Below are positions 61,740 through 64,000 of a stretch of 64,000 nt of DNA, piece by piece (the first letter of the stretch is position 1; each line of letters begins with the position of its first letter). This DNA is from Ostrea edulis (taxonomy: Eukaryota), in assembly GCF_947568905.1 (NCBI RefSeq), contig NC_079164.1, positions 101,122,001-101,186,000 of the forward strand, given 5' to 3'. A program made the position numbers and the translations under genes. The notes beneath the pieces are model-generated. The model was given only the letters and a program-made list of their open reading frames with translations, was not told where the DNA came from and searched no databases.

Positions 61740-64000
61740 CCTACTCATAGCACACTACTACCCACTCTTAGCACACTCATAGCACACTAATAACCCACTT
61801 TCATTACATTAACCCCCCACTTCTAGAACATTATCACCAACTTATTGCATATTAATCAGCCATGCTCTCATAGTACACTAACTGACCACTCGTAGCACAC
61901 AAATCCCCCACTCATAGCTTACTACTCACCCATTCATAGCACATTAGTCACCAGCTCATAGCATACTAATCACCCACTCATAGCACATTAATCACCCGCT
62001 CATAGCACATTAATCACCCGCTCATAGCTCATTAATCACCCACTCAAAGCACACTAATCACCCACTCATAGCACATTAATCACCCACTCATAGCACACTA
62101 ATCACCCATTCATAGCACACTAACCACCCACTCATAGCACATTAGTCGCCCGCTCATAGCACATTAGTCGCCCGCTCATAGCACATTAGTCGCCCGCTCA
62201 TAGCACATTAATCACCCACTCATAACACATTAATCACCCACTCATAGCACATTAATCACCCACTCATAGCACATTAATTACCCACTCATAGCACATTAAT
62301 CACCAATTCATTACACACTAATCACCTACTCATAGCACATTAATCACCCACTCATAGCACACTAATCACCCACTCATAGCACATTAATCACCCACTCATA
62401 GCACATTAATCACCCACTCATAGCACATTAATCACCCACTCATAGCACATTAATCACCCGCTCATAGCATAGCACACTAATCACCCGCTCATAGTACATT
62501 AATCACCCACTCATAGCACATTAATCACCCACTCATAACACATTAATCACCCATTCATAGCACATTAATCACCCACTCATAACACATTAATCACCCATTC
62601 ATAGCACATTAATCACCCATTCATTACACACTAATCACCTACTCATAGCACATTAATCACCCACTCATAGCACATTAATCACCCACTCATAGCACACTAA
62701 TCACCCATTCATAGCACATTAATCACCCACTCATAGCACATTAATCACCCGCTCATAGCATATTAATCACCCACTCATAACACATTAATCACCCATTCAT
62801 AGCACATTAATCACCCATTCATTACACACTAATCACCTACTCATAGCACATTAATCACCCACTCATAGCACATTAATCACCCACTCATAACACATTAATC
62901 ACCCACTCATAGCACATTAATCACCCACTCATAGCACATTAATCACCCACTCATAACACATTAATCACCCATTCATAGCACATTAATCACCCATTCATTA
63001 CACACTAATCACCTACTCATAGCACATTAATCACCCACTCATAGCACATTAATCACCCACTCATAACACATTAATCACCCACTCATAGCACATTAATCAC
63101 CCACTCATAGCACATTAATCACCCACTCATAGCACATTAATCACCCGCTCATAGCATAGCACACTAATCACCCGCTCATAGTACATTAATCACCCACTCA
63201 TAGCACATTAATCACCCACTCATAACACATTAATCACCCATTCATAGCACATTAATCACCCATTCATTACACACTAATCACCTACTCATAGCACATTAAT
63301 CACCCACTCATAGCACATTAATCACCCACTCATAACACATTAATCACCCACTCATAGCACATTAATCACCCACTCATAGCACATTAATCACCCACTCATA
63401 GCACATTAATCACCCGCTCATAGCATAGCACACTAATCACCCGCTCATAGTACATTAATCACCCACTCATAGCACATTAATCACCCACTCATAACACATT
63501 AATCACCCATTCATAGCACATTAATCACCCATTCATTACACACTAATCACCTACTCATAGCACATTAATCACCCATTCATTACACACTAATCACCTACTC
63601 ATAACTCATTAATCACCCATTCATAGCACATTAATCACCCGCTCATAGCATAGCACACTAATCACCCACTCATAACACATTAATCACCCATTCATAACAC
63701 ATTAATCACCCATTCATAGCACATTAATCACCCACTCATAACACATTAATCACCCACTCATAACACATTAATCACCCATTCATTACACACTAATCACCTA
63801 CTCATAGCACATTAATCACCTACTCATAAGTCATTAATCACCCATTCATAGCACATTAATCACCCATTCATTACACACTAATCACCTACTCATAGCACAC
63901 TAATCACCCACTCATAGCACATTAATCACCGATTCATAGCACACTAACCACCCACTCATAGCACATTAGTCGCCCGCTCATAGCACATTAGTCGCCCGCT
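61740..64000. repeat. 22-bp satellite array running off the window end
   Basis: CTCATAGCACATTAATCACCCA; degenerate left edge, recurrent 27-bp variant. Confidence 0.97.

Overview
Eukaryotic, AT-rich, repeat-dense genomic DNA. The repeat families point to a bivalve, most likely an oyster (inference); nothing prokaryotic and no CRISPR array is present. Two protein-coding genes can be modelled from splice signals and reading frame. (1) A minus-strand Prdm3/16 (MECOM/EVI1-PRDM16-hamlet) orthologue with coding exons 33233-33161, 28636-28537, 25337-25229 and one 1887-bp terminal exon 24996-23110 (722 aa). It carries EVI1 zinc fingers 4-10 and two CtBP motifs, has no recognisable PR domain, and has two further candidate in-phase first exons. 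(2) A plus-strand six-exon SFT2D3 orthologue (53278-59667, 211 aa) whose last splice acceptor is tandemly repeated eight times. Three identical tRNA-His(GUG) genes on the minus strand share an unusually conserved, mutually complementary leader and trailer. The rest is Naiad-type Penelope-like retroelement relics, tRNA-derived SINEs, Tc1/mariner relics, TTAA (Kolobok-like) MITEs with a Pol III-like cassette, a hAT-like MITE, a foldback element, a Helentron-type satellite element, many mini/microsatellites and two N gaps. All coordinates were read by eye; repeat boundaries may be off by some bases, and family names come from recalled consensus motifs, not database searches.
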